Assembly: GCA_024346625.1 (NCBI GenBank)
Contig: AP024664.1
Location: forward strand, 1,426,001-1,490,000
Source: Williopsis jadinii
Lineage: Eukaryota
Length of the DNA: 64,000 nucleotides
Direction of reading: 5' to 3'
The notes beneath the pieces were generated by a model. That model made no database searches. It had not been told where the DNA came from and was given only the letters and a program-made list of their open reading frames with translations. The translations under genes were made by a program, and so were the position numbers. Below are positions 13,247 to 23,261 of the stretch, piece by piece (within the stretch, counting starts at the first letter, position 1; each line of letters begins with the position of its first letter).

Positions 13247-14671
13247 TCAGTTATTCAGATTCAAATCCTCAATGTGAAGTTCTTTCGAAGTTGAGGTTTG
13301 TATCAATGGAGTGTTTGTAGTGGTTCGATGTGGAGTTTCAATCCCTTGCCCATCACTAGGTACAAAATGTGTGGAAAAATCTTGGTCGTCAATATCTACT
13401 CCAGAATCTTCATCTATAGCTTCCTCATCAACGTCATCTGAGATCTCATCTGGCTCTTCTAAGCTGAACTTTGGTTTGTTCAACTCCTCGTAGTTAATCT
13501 TGTTCTTCTTCGACAGCAAGTGAACAAAGGATTTCTGCTGCTCTCTAACGTTCCAATTCAACGTCCGACTGACACTTTCAAAATACTCTGTTGGAGAGCT
13601 CATGACAGTTGGAAAGGAGAAAGGGCTTGCCGATATGGAGATGTAATCTCCCTTCATGAGCTCGACTCTTGCCCTACCGTCAAAAGCTGCCCACGCCGTT
13701 GCTCTGCTTCTCTTTGGCACTTTCACCTTCAAAACCATACTATCAGGCAGCAAAATAGGCCTGAATGACAGCGTGTGAGGACAGATAGGCGTAACGGAGA
13801 TGACGTTAACAGCAGGATGCACTAGCGAGCCTCCTGCTGAGAGAGAATACGCTGTAGAGCCCGTAGGCGTGGCGAGAATCAACCCGTCAGCCTGTGCCAC
13901 TGTAAGCAGCGAGCCATCACCATAAAGCTCAAGCATCGACACAAATGGAGACGGGCCTCTATCGATGGTAACCTCGTTCAACGCCTGTTGTTCACACACA
14001 AGCGATCCATCTGCCCTATGAACACGACACGCCAACCTCATTCTGAGGTTCGTTCTAACGCCCTTCTCCAGAACAGCGCTTAGCGAGTCCCTAAACTCCT
14101 CGAACTGGAACGTCGTCAAGAACCCTAGGGAGCCCAGACTGAAGGACATCACCGGTGGAACCGATCTCTGGAACAGAGAAGACACGAAGAGCACGGTACC
14201 ATCACCACCGAGCGTTATCACAAGGTCAATCGTCGTGGCCCTCTCCCGAACAAACAGCTTGTCCCAGTATCGCAGAGCAGTCTTAGCCCTTGGCACCTCT
14301 TTCATCAACCCCTCAGCATTGAACCGCTTGCTCTTCTCCAGGTGGTAGTCCACATACACCGTGATTCTCGGGTGATTGGTCAAGATCCACTCAGTCAACT
14401 CACGCGTCAGAAACACCAACGAATTGTCCCTGGCCTTGGTCACTATCAGCACCGTGTGTGCGTCCAGCGTCACAGTGGCCTTGTACAGATTCTTCGACAG
14501 CATACGTACCCCGTGGGCCGTCTCCGCCAGCTTAGCATGTGAGTGCGAACTCTTGAGGTTGGTTGAAGAGTTGGATAGCTTGCGCAACATCTTCACAGGG
14601 TCATTCGTATCATGAGACCTTCTACCCACACTGTGTCCTCCACTAGTGCCTTTCTGAGATTCCTTCTCCAT
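13247..14671 (-). CDS. UTR1: NAD(H) kinase (Utr1/Yef1)
   Basis: GGDGTVL, LNEV and ADGLILATPTGSTAYSLSAGG motifs; synteny with GDA1, ISY1 and CYC1. Confidence 0.92.
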   Translation of the reverse strand: MEKESQKGTSGGHSVGRRSHDTNDPVKMLRKLSNSSTNLKSSHSHAKLAETAHGVRMLSKNLYKATVTLDAHTVLIVTKARDNSLVFLTRELTEWILTNHPRITVYVDYHLEKSKRFNAEGLMKEVPRAKTALRYWDKLFVRERATTIDLVITLGGDGTVLFVSSLFQRSVPPVMSFSLGSLGFLTTFQFEEFRDSLSAVLEKGVRTNLRMRLACRVHRADGSLVCEQQALNEVTIDRGPSPFVSMLELYGDGSLLTVAQADGLILATPTGSTAYSLSAGGSLVHPAVNVISVTPICPHTLSFRPILLPDSMVLKVKVPKRSRATAWAAFDGRARVELMKGDYISISASPFSFPTVMSSPTEYFESVSRTLNWNVREQQKSFVHLLSKKNKINYEELNKPKFSLEEPDEISDDVDEEAIDEDSGVDIDDQDFSTHFVPSDGQGIETPHRTTTNTPLIQTSTSKELHIEDLNLNN

Positions 14672-15095
14672 CGTTACTCGACCAATTGATCCTTAATGGA
14701 CTCGCTTCCTCGTCCTCTTCGATGAGCTCTGTGTAAGAATTCGGCTCAGTTCCTCGTTGAGGGAAGAGGGTCCCCCGGGGAAATTATTTGCATTATTTTA
14801 TACACAGCGGAACCGGCACCCCCCCCCCCTCGCCAGAAAATACAGACGGTTGGACTCAATTGGCTCCATCACCGGCATCGCAGACCTGTACAGTTGCTTG
14901 ATTTGCTTGTAAACGACGGCTATGTAGTCCAGGTGTGTGTAGAAAGCACGTCTTTGGTGGCTTTGGCTGTACAAACCCGCGTGCGCTGGGAGAGCGCAGA
15001 GGAAGAGGAAGAGAGCTAAACGATGTAGTAGTTTCTATATATTGAAGAGGTAGGCGAAAATACGGGTTGTCTATAAAGACAGAAGGTCTGTCCCA

Positions 15096-16949
15096 CTATG
15101 GGTTCACTTCCTTGACACGGCACTGCCATCCATTCTTGTCCAGCAACGGCAAGGACGCACCTAAGCACCATCCAAGTTCGTTGTTGGCAATCTTCTTTGC
15201 AGTTCTGAGCTCCCTGTGCAATGGGATGTCATAACCAGTGTGCAACAATGCCACTTGGAATGATAGGTCCAGACACCATTGTGGCTCCTCGGCTAGTTCC
15301 TTTAGGGAACCGTCAATGGCACCAAGCGCAGAGGTCCATGTTGACTCACCGTTGCACACAACCTTTGCAAGATCTCTAAGTTCTTCCAACGTGAACGATG
15401 ATGGCATACCCAATGGGTTGGTTCTGTCGTAGAAGTAGGAGAACACGTACAGATCGGACGACTCTCTGAAGGTTCTCACGAGAGAAGGTTGATGGACACC
15501 GTTGAAAGAACATGGAGCAGTCGTACACTCGGCATCCTTCTTCAAGATTGCCTCTGCGAGGAATCTACACTGAGCACCTGCTGGTGTCTCTGAGCCTTTG
15601 AATGTGATGGAATATTTCTCTCCGCTTTCCAACTTCACTTCAACGTTTTTGGCCTCGAGCCCTGGTGGGATACATGGAGACTCCAAAATCGCAGTCTCTT
15701 GGTCAGCAGACATGTCACCATTCTTAATGGCAGTCTGCACGATCAGAGAGTTGATTTTGTTTCTGCCAGCCATCAATCCATATCCCAAGTGAGAGAATTG
15801 GTACAGTTCAAAGTCTCTGTTACCGAAACTGATGTCGTACTTGTGTTCACCTTCAACCATCTTTTCGCCATTCTTGAACTCTGGTTCAAAGACAATCTGT
15901 GTAGAGCCACCACCAAGGTCAAAAACAGCAGCAGTTGGGAACTTCTCTGACGATCCGATGTTACCCAACAAGTAGTTTGCCGTGATCCACGCATAGACAC
16001 CTTCATCGTCACCACTCATGATGGAGACACCATCACCAGAGACCACAGCGAATGGGTAATTATCCTCCAAATGTGAACGAACACCTTCCAAGATAGCCTT
16101 GGATTTCTCTTCTCCTAATAAACGGAGACCCGCAGTGGCCTTCACAGCAACAGGTGTACAACCTCTCGAGCTTGCTGGCACGGTATCGAGCGCAATCTTT
16201 AACAGTGGGTCCAACGAGAGAGCAGCACCTGTTACATCGGTATCAAACGATGACAAACCAGGTTTCAGCATCTCAAAGGTTTCCTTCAACAACTTTGGAG
16301 GAGAATAACATGTGTCAAACTCATAAACGTGGATTCTTGAACCAGTAGATCCCGCATCAATCATGACAACGTACTCTGTATCCTTCTTACAGTTTGTCAC
16401 CGCGTTGCTATTGTCCTTGAAATCTGCTTTGGAGCCAGAGCCTTTGTTACCCTCAACAGCGTCTTCTAACTGCTTCCCACTTTGGTTATCCTTATCAGGA
16501 ACCCCTTCGTAAGGCTTGTTGGAGTCCTTGGTGGCTGCAACGCTGCTGCCCTTTCTACCGCCGTTTGACGATCCAGATCCAGAGTTCGAGCCCTCTGGCT
16601 TTGGAGCCTCCTTCAACGGAGCGCCGTCATCAACAGCCTTTGGGCTCTGTTCAACACCTGCGCTCTCCAAGTCTTTCACAGAATCGTCAGCAAACTGGGG
16701 AGAGGTTCCAAAGTCCACCTTTGGAGTGTCGTCAGCACCAACACGATCGTTTGATCCCTTTGTCTCAGCGTCAAACTCACCAGCGGTGTTATGAGTGGAT
16801 TGAGAAACGCCCTTAAAGGACTCCTGGGCTTTGTCCAGAGATTGTGACACGCTCGAAGGAGACGTGATCAGGAACCCTACAATTCCAAGAATCACCAGCG
16901 TGGCAAGAAGAAAACGTGAATTACGCACTGTCAGAGCAAGACCAGCCAT
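15096..16949 (-). CDS. GDA1: Golgi guanosine diphosphatase (GDA1/CD39 NTPDase)
   Basis: N-terminal TM anchor, long stem, apyrase motifs [26 protein letters not shown] and GWCLG. Confidence 0.95.
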   Translation of the reverse strand: MAGLALTVRNSRFLLATLVILGIVGFLITSPSSVSQSLDKAQESFKGVSQSTHNTAGEFDAETKGSNDRVGADDTPKVDFGTSPQFADDSVKDLESAGVEQSPKAVDDGAPLKEAPKPEGSNSGSGSSNGGRKGSSVAATKDSNKPYEGVPDKDNQSGKQLEDAVEGNKGSGSKADFKDNSNAVTNCKKDTEYVVMIDAGSTGSRIHVYEFDTCYSPPKLLKETFEMLKPGLSSFDTDVTGAALSLDPLLKIALDTVPASSRGCTPVAVKATAGLRLLGEEKSKAILEGVRSHLEDNYPFAVVSGDGVSIMSGDDEGVYAWITANYLLGNIGSSEKFPTAAVFDLGGGSTQIVFEPEFKNGEKMVEGEHKYDISFGNRDFELYQFSHLGYGLMAGRNKINSLIVQTAIKNGDMSADQETAILESPCIPPGLEAKNVEVKLESGEKYSITFKGSETPAGAQCRFLAEAILKKDAECTTAPCSFNGVHQPSLVRTFRESSDLYVFSYFYDRTNPLGMPSSFTLEELRDLAKVVCNGESTWTSALGAIDGSLKELAEEPQWCLDLSFQVALLHTGYDIPLHRELRTAKKIANNELGWCLGASLPLLDKNGWQCRVKEVNP

Positions 16950-17268
16950 CTCTCTGTTGATATTATCGGTATATTTCCTCCAAGAGATGTGATCCAGTCG
17001 CCGTAAAGAGGAAGAAAGAGGTGGAAGGAGAAAGCTCTTGGGGAGTACGAATTTTCACTTTTGGCCCTTTGGCTTTGGCTCGCGTCGTTCGACGAGGGAC
17101 CGCGTAGTGGGCAGTGGGTTTTTTCCTCTCCTTTGCACTCTCTGTGCGTGTGTGTAACAAAAGCGTACTGGGGGAGAAAAATTAGCTGGGTTTTAGCTGG
17201 GCTTCGCTTACGTGGTGCTTATGGTACGATGGTGAAGATAGGTGATAACTGTGTGACGGAGGCTTAAG

Positions 17269-18105
17269 ATGTCACGTAACTCTGACAAGGCCAATACAGT
17301 GCTATTCCGGTACCAAGAGCAGCGGGCTGAAGCTAATGGCTATATCGACTATAACTCTACGCAGAGGCCACGGGCGGTTCAAAAGGTTTCAACTCTGAAA
17401 GATGCGGAGGCATGGAGGAAGCAAGTGTTGACAGAGATCAACCAAAAGGTGACGAAGATACAGGATGTTTCACTGTCCGATTATCAGCTGCGTGACCTCA
17501 ACGATGAAATCAACAAGCTCATGCGTGAGCGGGTTGCTTGGGAATATCGAATCAAAGATCTCGGTGGTGCGGACTATAAGATGAGCTCAAATTCAAAGAT
17601 AGCTGGAGGGGTGGTTATACGAGGTTATAGGTATTTTGGAAGAGCCAAGGAGTTGCCTGGTGTGAAGGAGTTACTGGAAAAGCAACAGATGGAACAGAGG
17701 GAGAAACAGCAGATGAAGAATAAGATGAAAAATAATGCCCAAAGGTTGAAAGAGCTGGAACAGAGAGTCGGGTTGGAATACTACGGTTATCGGGATGAAG
17801 AACCAAGAATCAACGCGGACAATTCGAAAAAGGTCCTCAGACATGCAAAGGACATACTTGGAGATCTACTACAGACTGACCAGGAAGTGGAGATTCACGC
17901 GGATGATGATGATGAGTGTAGAGCTGATACTGATGCCCTGTTGAAGTACGAACGCAAAATTACCAGGCAAAGATTGAAACAGAAGAAGCAATGCAATTCA
18001 CCAGAGTTCACCTTAGACTCCGAAGAGCCTCCAACTCTCCAGCAGATGGAAAAGATCATTGTGGATAGAAGAAGATTACAACTCGAACAGAGGCTAAATT
18101 TGTAG
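17269..18105 (+). CDS. ISY1: Pre-mRNA splicing factor Isy1 (NTC)
   Basis: MSRNSDKANTVLFRYQE, LRDLNDEINKL and GYRYFGRAKELPGVKEL. Confidence 0.95.
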   Translation: MSRNSDKANTVLFRYQEQRAEANGYIDYNSTQRPRAVQKVSTLKDAEAWRKQVLTEINQKVTKIQDVSLSDYQLRDLNDEINKLMRERVAWEYRIKDLGGADYKMSSNSKIAGGVVIRGYRYFGRAKELPGVKELLEKQQMEQREKQQMKNKMKNNAQRLKELEQRVGLEYYGYRDEEPRINADNSKKVLRHAKDILGDLLQTDQEVEIHADDDDECRADTDALLKYERKITRQRLKQKKQCNSPEFTLDSEEPPTLQQMEKIIVDRRRLQLEQRLNL

Positions 18106-18387
18106 AATGTGTTTGTTTGAATTTAATGGGTCAGGTCAAAATGGAAATAACGAACTATAATGCATAACAGTCATAAACAACTTCAAGTATTCAAAATTCC
18201 ATGTGTACGGTTTCGGTGTAAGATGTTGTTGTGGCTAATGACAACATCTCCTTTACCTGCAAAGCCTTAGAAATCATAGGGCATTGCACTTGTTTAAGTG
18301 GGAACAGTATGAGCACCAGCAGACCTGTCCACTTCATCTCAAATTATCGATCATGTTAAAGGACTTCCTCTTCGAAAACTAGGTGAC

Positions 18388-19353
18388 TTATTGCTCTAGT
18401 CCGATAGGACCCCACCTTGAAGTATCAAAGGCTTTCTCTTGCTCTTCTTCAGACTTAGAGCTGGATCCGTTCAGAGAACGCGTCGAAGCTGGGTTGGTCT
18501 TTCCTTCTGCTTCGTTTTCTTCTGCGTCTTCCCCTGAAACGCCCACGGATCCCTTGGAGCCCTTGGAACTCTTGCTGGAACTCTTAGAGCTTCTGGTATC
18601 CACCTTTTGTTTCTCGTTAGAACCAACATTAGACTCTTTATAAGTGGCCTTTGAAGAACCAGAATCACTATCTTCCTTTGGTTCAATATCGGCATTAGAT
18701 CCCTTCAGTGTTTTCTTCAAAGATGAAGTGTCCTGTACCTTATCCTCTTCCTTGCCCACTTCTTTTTGGTTCTCCTCTTCTTGGACATCTTCTCCAATCT
18801 CTTCAGGTTTCGTATCAAAAGTCATCAAAACGCCTGTACTGTCCTCTTGAGCTTGCGCATCCTCTGAATCAAATTGAGACTCCAGCAAAGAACCATCAGC
18901 GGAATCATCAGAAACTCCAGAACCATGAGTCACTTGAACAGCAATATCGTCATCACTGAGTTCGTCTGGCTCGGCAGCCATAACAACTTCTTCATCCACA
19001 AGTTCCAGCTCGCCAATCTCTTTAAAAGAATCCTTGTTCTCCACAGCAGCGTCATTGAATGACTCGGCTTCAACATCAGCTTTGGTATCGACTAATTCTC
19101 CACTCTCCCCATCCAAGGTGCCGCTATCATCATTTCTCTCGGTGTCATAGCCATGTTCCTCGTTATCAGTTCCCCAATGTGAGTCGAAAGTCTGCGATGA
19201 AACGCTCTTGTAAGCCTCCTGGAAGGTCTCCTTCGCTTGATCCACAGAAATTGAAACCACATCAGGAGATCTCGTTGTAACCCATACTAAGCCAATCAGA
19301 AATAGCGAAGCGACGGTAAAACGGAGTCTCCGAGGTCTCGTCAATGTCAACAT
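18388..19353 (-). CDS. Type II membrane protein with acidic lumenal region; N-terminus homologous to the GDA1 anchor/stem
   Basis: 321-aa ORF with basic N-terminus plus hydrophobic segment; 15/35 ungapped identities to the neighbouring GDA1 N-terminus (hand alignment). Confidence 0.75.
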   Translation of the reverse strand: MLTLTRPRRLRFTVASLFLIGLVWVTTRSPDVVSISVDQAKETFQEAYKSVSSQTFDSHWGTDNEEHGYDTERNDDSGTLDGESGELVDTKADVEAESFNDAAVENKDSFKEIGELELVDEEVVMAAEPDELSDDDIAVQVTHGSGVSDDSADGSLLESQFDSEDAQAQEDSTGVLMTFDTKPEEIGEDVQEEENQKEVGKEEDKVQDTSSLKKTLKGSNADIEPKEDSDSGSSKATYKESNVGSNEKQKVDTRSSKSSSKSSKGSKGSVGVSGEDAEENEAEGKTNPASTRSLNGSSSKSEEEQEKAFDTSRWGPIGLEQ

Positions 19354-20326
19354 CGTAGTTCTTGTGTTTATACGCCGTTATAAGTCTGTCTAATCAGTCA
19401 AGTTCAATGGACAATTGCAATGCAGCCGAGATTTGTCTTCAGACCCTATGTACCCTGCGTGTCCTCAAGCGGGGGGGGGGGCAGCCAAAATGGAGGAAAA
19501 TTTTTCTGCTCAGCCGGAGACGGACGCACTGCCTACGCCGATGACTTTGATCAACCGGCCAAGATGAAACATCTGTAGGCTATGCCAGCAGCTACAAGTT
19601 ACTAGAATCGGTATGGACGTATATTCATCGCAGCGTAGAGAGTCTCAATTGAAATTTAGATCCTGGATTGTCTTGGGTGTCCCTTGACAGAGTGTGTTGT
19701 AAGTCTCATTACCAAGCCATTTACATCATTTGATGAAGATTTCAAATACGGTATAGGTCACTGAGGTGTGGATGGGAGATGCCCCCACCATCTCCACTTT
19801 AAATGTTATGGTTTGCACCATGGTTGAGCATACGAGGTGCACTTTTCACCGGGATGAGTACACCCTCGTCGGGTTTAAGCCACTACAGCAGATCAAGTCA
19901 TCTACAAACATTTGTCTTGAATAGATAGAAAGTCGATAATAAACATGTCATTTATCCCATAATCTTTTCCCCCATTCCTTACTCCTCTCTCTCTTTTCTT
20001 TACAAGGTGATTCAAGTTCAAACAAAATATATACAAAACTGAGCTGTAAATGTGACAACGATACAACAGAATGCCATCTATCAAACACGGGCATCCTGTG
20101 ACCCAAGCACATCACATAGAGAACTGAGACAAAACAATCAAAGAAAAGAAAGAAGCACAACGGAACAGAAAAATGGAAAAACAAAAGTAGAAGAAATCAC
20201 ATCACGATTTCCTTCTCTCAATAGAACATTATATTGCGTAACACGTCGTTAAAGTTGAAGAATGTATGTGTATAGTATGGTTTTCTTTAAATTTTCATCT
20301 TTTCGGGGTTCCAAAAGGACTCAAAT

Positions 20327-20659
20327 CTACTTACAAGCGCTAGCCAAGTAAGTAACCAAATCGTTTCTGTCCTTCTCCTTCTTCAAACCACCAAAGGCCA
20401 TCTTGGTACCTGGAATGTACTTCTTTGGGTTCTCCAAGTAGTCAGACATGGTTTGCTCGGTCCACACAACGGCCTTCTTGATGTTGGCATCAGTGTAAGA
20501 GTAACCAGCAGCTTGACCAGAAGCACGGCCAAAGACACCGTGCAAGTTTGGACCAACCTTGTGGGCACCACCAGCCTCAACGGTGTGACATTGGAGACAT
20601 CTGGTCTTGAAAAGAGTAGCACCCTTCTTCTCGGAACCCTTCTTGTATGGAGCTGGCAT
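20327..20659 (-). CDS. CYC1: Cytochrome c
   Basis: CLQCH heme-binding motif and [16 protein letters not shown]. Confidence 0.99.
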   Translation of the reverse strand: MPAPYKKGSEKKGATLFKTRCLQCHTVEAGGAHKVGPNLHGVFGRASGQAAGYSYTDANIKKAVVWTEQTMSDYLENPKKYIPGTKMAFGGLKKEKDRNDLVTYLASACK

Positions 20660-21186
20660 TGTGATACAAATAAATTAATAAAACAACAAAAAAAACACTT
20701 GTTTGTCGATGGTGTCTGCTTGGTAAAATGTTTTGAAACGGGAGACACACTTGCTCTTTTATACGGAACCCAAGAAAGCCTCCAAATCCATCGACGGGGA
20801 GGGAAAAAAAACTTACATGGCTGTTCTCCCTTGGATTATGAATTCCAGCGCTTTGATTGGCCCGGGCAGAAACGCATGGGGGCACGTCAAGCGCCATTCC
20901 GGTACCTTGAGATAGTTTTTCTTCGTCGCTACTGTGCTGTAACCTGTGGTGAATGGAGACGTGTTTGCAGATATTTAAAAGACGAATATGGATTCTTTAC
21001 AGGATTCATTTTCATTTCCACCCTACTTTACTTCAAAAAGCCAGTTGGTCTATGACGAGGTACCGGTTCGACCGTGCTGTTATCGATTCTTTGTTCAGGT
21101 ATTTGTATGGGATACGCCTCTGGCACTGTAACCCAAGAACCGACGCGTGGCCATTGGCTGCGAGGTTTAACCTCCGGAACTTATCG

Positions 21187-21198
21187 GCGATATCTCCG
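21187..21198 (-). promoter_or_regulatory. Hap1-type site in the CYC1 promoter
   Basis: Minus strand CGGAGATATCGC fits CGGnnnTAnCG(G/C). CCAAT boxes (ATTGG) also at 20856-20860 and 21153-21157. Confidence 0.5.
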
Positions 21199-21761
21199 GA
21201 CAGCGCGAGGCCTGAAACCAAAACCCGTGCGAGATTCCAGAGTTATCTTTGAGCAGTAGAAAAAGAAAGGGAAAACGTCATGTACGTAGATTATAGGGTA
21301 GTCAACAGACATTCGGGGACTGCTGGATGAATGCCTTTCTATCATGAACTATATACCATAGGGGGAATTGTCAATTCACAGACTTGAAGGTCAAATGAAT
21401 CTGACAAAAACGTTTATCTAAAAGATCTGGAAAAACATCTCCGAGAGTTTGTCTTTTCTCGACTCGAGCCACAGTGTTTGTCTTTTCTTTTTGTTTTGTC
21501 CAAACGATGTCCATCGCCTCCGGACAATGAGATGTCGTAACTAGGAGCCTGGAGACTAAAAGCAGGCATAAGTCATGAAAACCATCATAAGGGGAGTCGC
21601 AATTCCGAACAAAACTGCCTAGTTGCTCATAGGGAATTCATCGTCAACTATTGCTCCGAGGCTAGAACTGGCCTACAATGCAGAGAGTTGATCTGTTTCA
21701 TTGTTTATGGTTGGTTTCAAGCACCCGTTCAGTTCGGTGTTAGGATCCGTTTCCCAGGCAA

Positions 21762-21821
21762 TGAAAATTTTCATTTCTTTTTGTATTTTTTTCCAGGCTG
21801 TGGTTTGCTCACCAACTCATC
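21762..21821 (+). promoter_or_regulatory. RRPE and PAC upstream of HIT1
   Basis: TGAAAATTTTCA at 21762-21773 and CTCATC at 21816-21821. Confidence 0.55.
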
Positions 21822-21878
21822 TATGGCTTGCTGCCTTCAGGGACTTGCAATCGATAGCAAACCAATCCGTTAGTGTCG

Positions 21879-22307
21879 ATGGTTAAAGGGACGTGTGGGA
21901 TCTGTATTGACAACGATGCAAAATACAAATGTCCTAAATGCGACGTTGTTTACTGCTCGTTGAAATGTTTCAAGGATCCAAAGCACGTACACAGCAATGA
22001 CAGTGATACTGGAACACTATCCACAACAGTAGCAGATGCAACACAGCCAATTGAACCTGTAGTTGGCACTACAGAGTACCAATCAGTATTCCAAGATGAA
22101 AGGATAAGGTATCTACTCAAGTTTGAAGCATTGAGAATCCATCTCTACTCAATTTACAAAATCCTCAAAGATGAAAAATTGACAAGGGAAAAGAAGTTAG
22201 ATCAGGCTAATGAGAAGCTAAACTCTTTAAGAATTGCCGGAGCTCAGGAGAACGAATTGGTTGAAGAATTTTGCGAATTGGTGGTACAACTAATACAAAA
22301 GAAATGA
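21879..22307 (+). CDS. HIT1: zf-HIT protein, box C/D snoRNP assembly factor
   Basis: CGIC...YKCPKCDVVYCSLKCFK..H zinc finger and C-terminal ENELVEEF; ATG at 21879. Confidence 0.9.
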   Translation: MVKGTCGICIDNDAKYKCPKCDVVYCSLKCFKDPKHVHSNDSDTGTLSTTVADATQPIEPVVGTTEYQSVFQDERIRYLLKFEALRIHLYSIYKILKDEKLTREKKLDQANEKLNSLRIAGAQENELVEEFCELVVQLIQKK

Positions 22308-23261
22308 TCAAGCTGAAAGTTTCAGTTTTGGTCTCAACAATCCCCTTTGCCCCTTCACTTTGATTCTAAAGATTGAGCCTCCGAGGTCTTGGACGTTTTC
22401 ACCTAATCTGGCAGGATCCTCCAACTGCAAATTTGCAGTGGTTATGAATAATTCATCCATATTAATTCCTCCAAAGGTACAAGCGGAGATCCTCTGTGCT
22501 GGAAGCGTAAACTTTTCCACGAGTGTCCCTTCAGCGTTAAAATGGGCCACTGTCCCTGTGGACCACACGGCAGTGAACAAGTCACCAGATTCGCTGAGAG
22601 TAAATCCATCAGGCTCTGGTGATTCAACATCAGGGTACACAGCTCTAATGTCGATGAAGACCCTCTTGTTAGAAATTTCCCCCTCGTGATAATCAAAGGC
22701 ATATATCTTTAGATCCAGGGAGCTCGTCCAGTACAATGTTCTTCCGTCATGACTCCAGTTGATACCATTCGAGATTAGAACATTAGGGATCACAGTTGTT
22801 ACTTCATCCGTCTTTGTATCTATCTTCAACAACGCACCTTCTTCAATTGGACCGTAATCGAACGAACCCATGACACCTTGCCAGATGTTACCTTCCGGAT
22901 CGACGTTTCCATCATTTGATCTCAACTTGGAACCGTTAGGGAATAACCATTTATATTTGAACTCGCCAGTGGTTAGTACGTATTTGGCAATACCGCGCTT
23001 GCCGCCTAGATAGACCACGTCGTCATCGTCGGTTAAATATATAACACCGATATATTCATCAGGGATTACAAACTCCTCATGGGACTGCTCGACTTGTTTC
23101 TTCTCCTGAGAAGTGTAGTTATCCGCGCTTGTAGCTGGGAGTCTGACTCGGTGGAACTTTCCTGCAATGATATCAACCCATAACAGTGTGTTGTTTGATG
23201 GATTGTAAGTTGGGCCTTCTGAAAGGCGCCCATTGTAGTTCAAGAATGGTTCAGTTGGCAT
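22308..23261 (-). CDS. SMP-30/gluconolactonase/regucalcin family protein
   Basis: LSEGP, WVDI, RSNDG, ISNGINWS, EPDG and TFGG motifs. Confidence 0.92.
   Translation of the reverse strand: MPTEPFLNYNGRLSEGPTYNPSNNTLLWVDIIAGKFHRVRLPATSADNYTSQEKKQVEQSHEEFVIPDEYIGVIYLTDDDDVVYLGGKRGIAKYVLTTGEFKYKWLFPNGSKLRSNDGNVDPEGNIWQGVMGSFDYGPIEEGALLKIDTKTDEVTTVIPNVLISNGINWSHDGRTLYWTSSLDLKIYAFDYHEGEISNKRVFIDIRAVYPDVESPEPDGFTLSESGDLFTAVWSTGTVAHFNAEGTLVEKFTLPAQRISACTFGGINMDELFITTANLQLEDPARLGENVQDLGGSIFRIKVKGQRGLLRPKLKLSA

Noticed and set aside
18260..18390. Decayed glutaredoxin domain after the 18388 ORF (FSK, SYCSH, HTVP fragments)
   Set aside because: Fragments are very short, in mixed frames and wrongly spaced; the GDA1 similarity is stronger.
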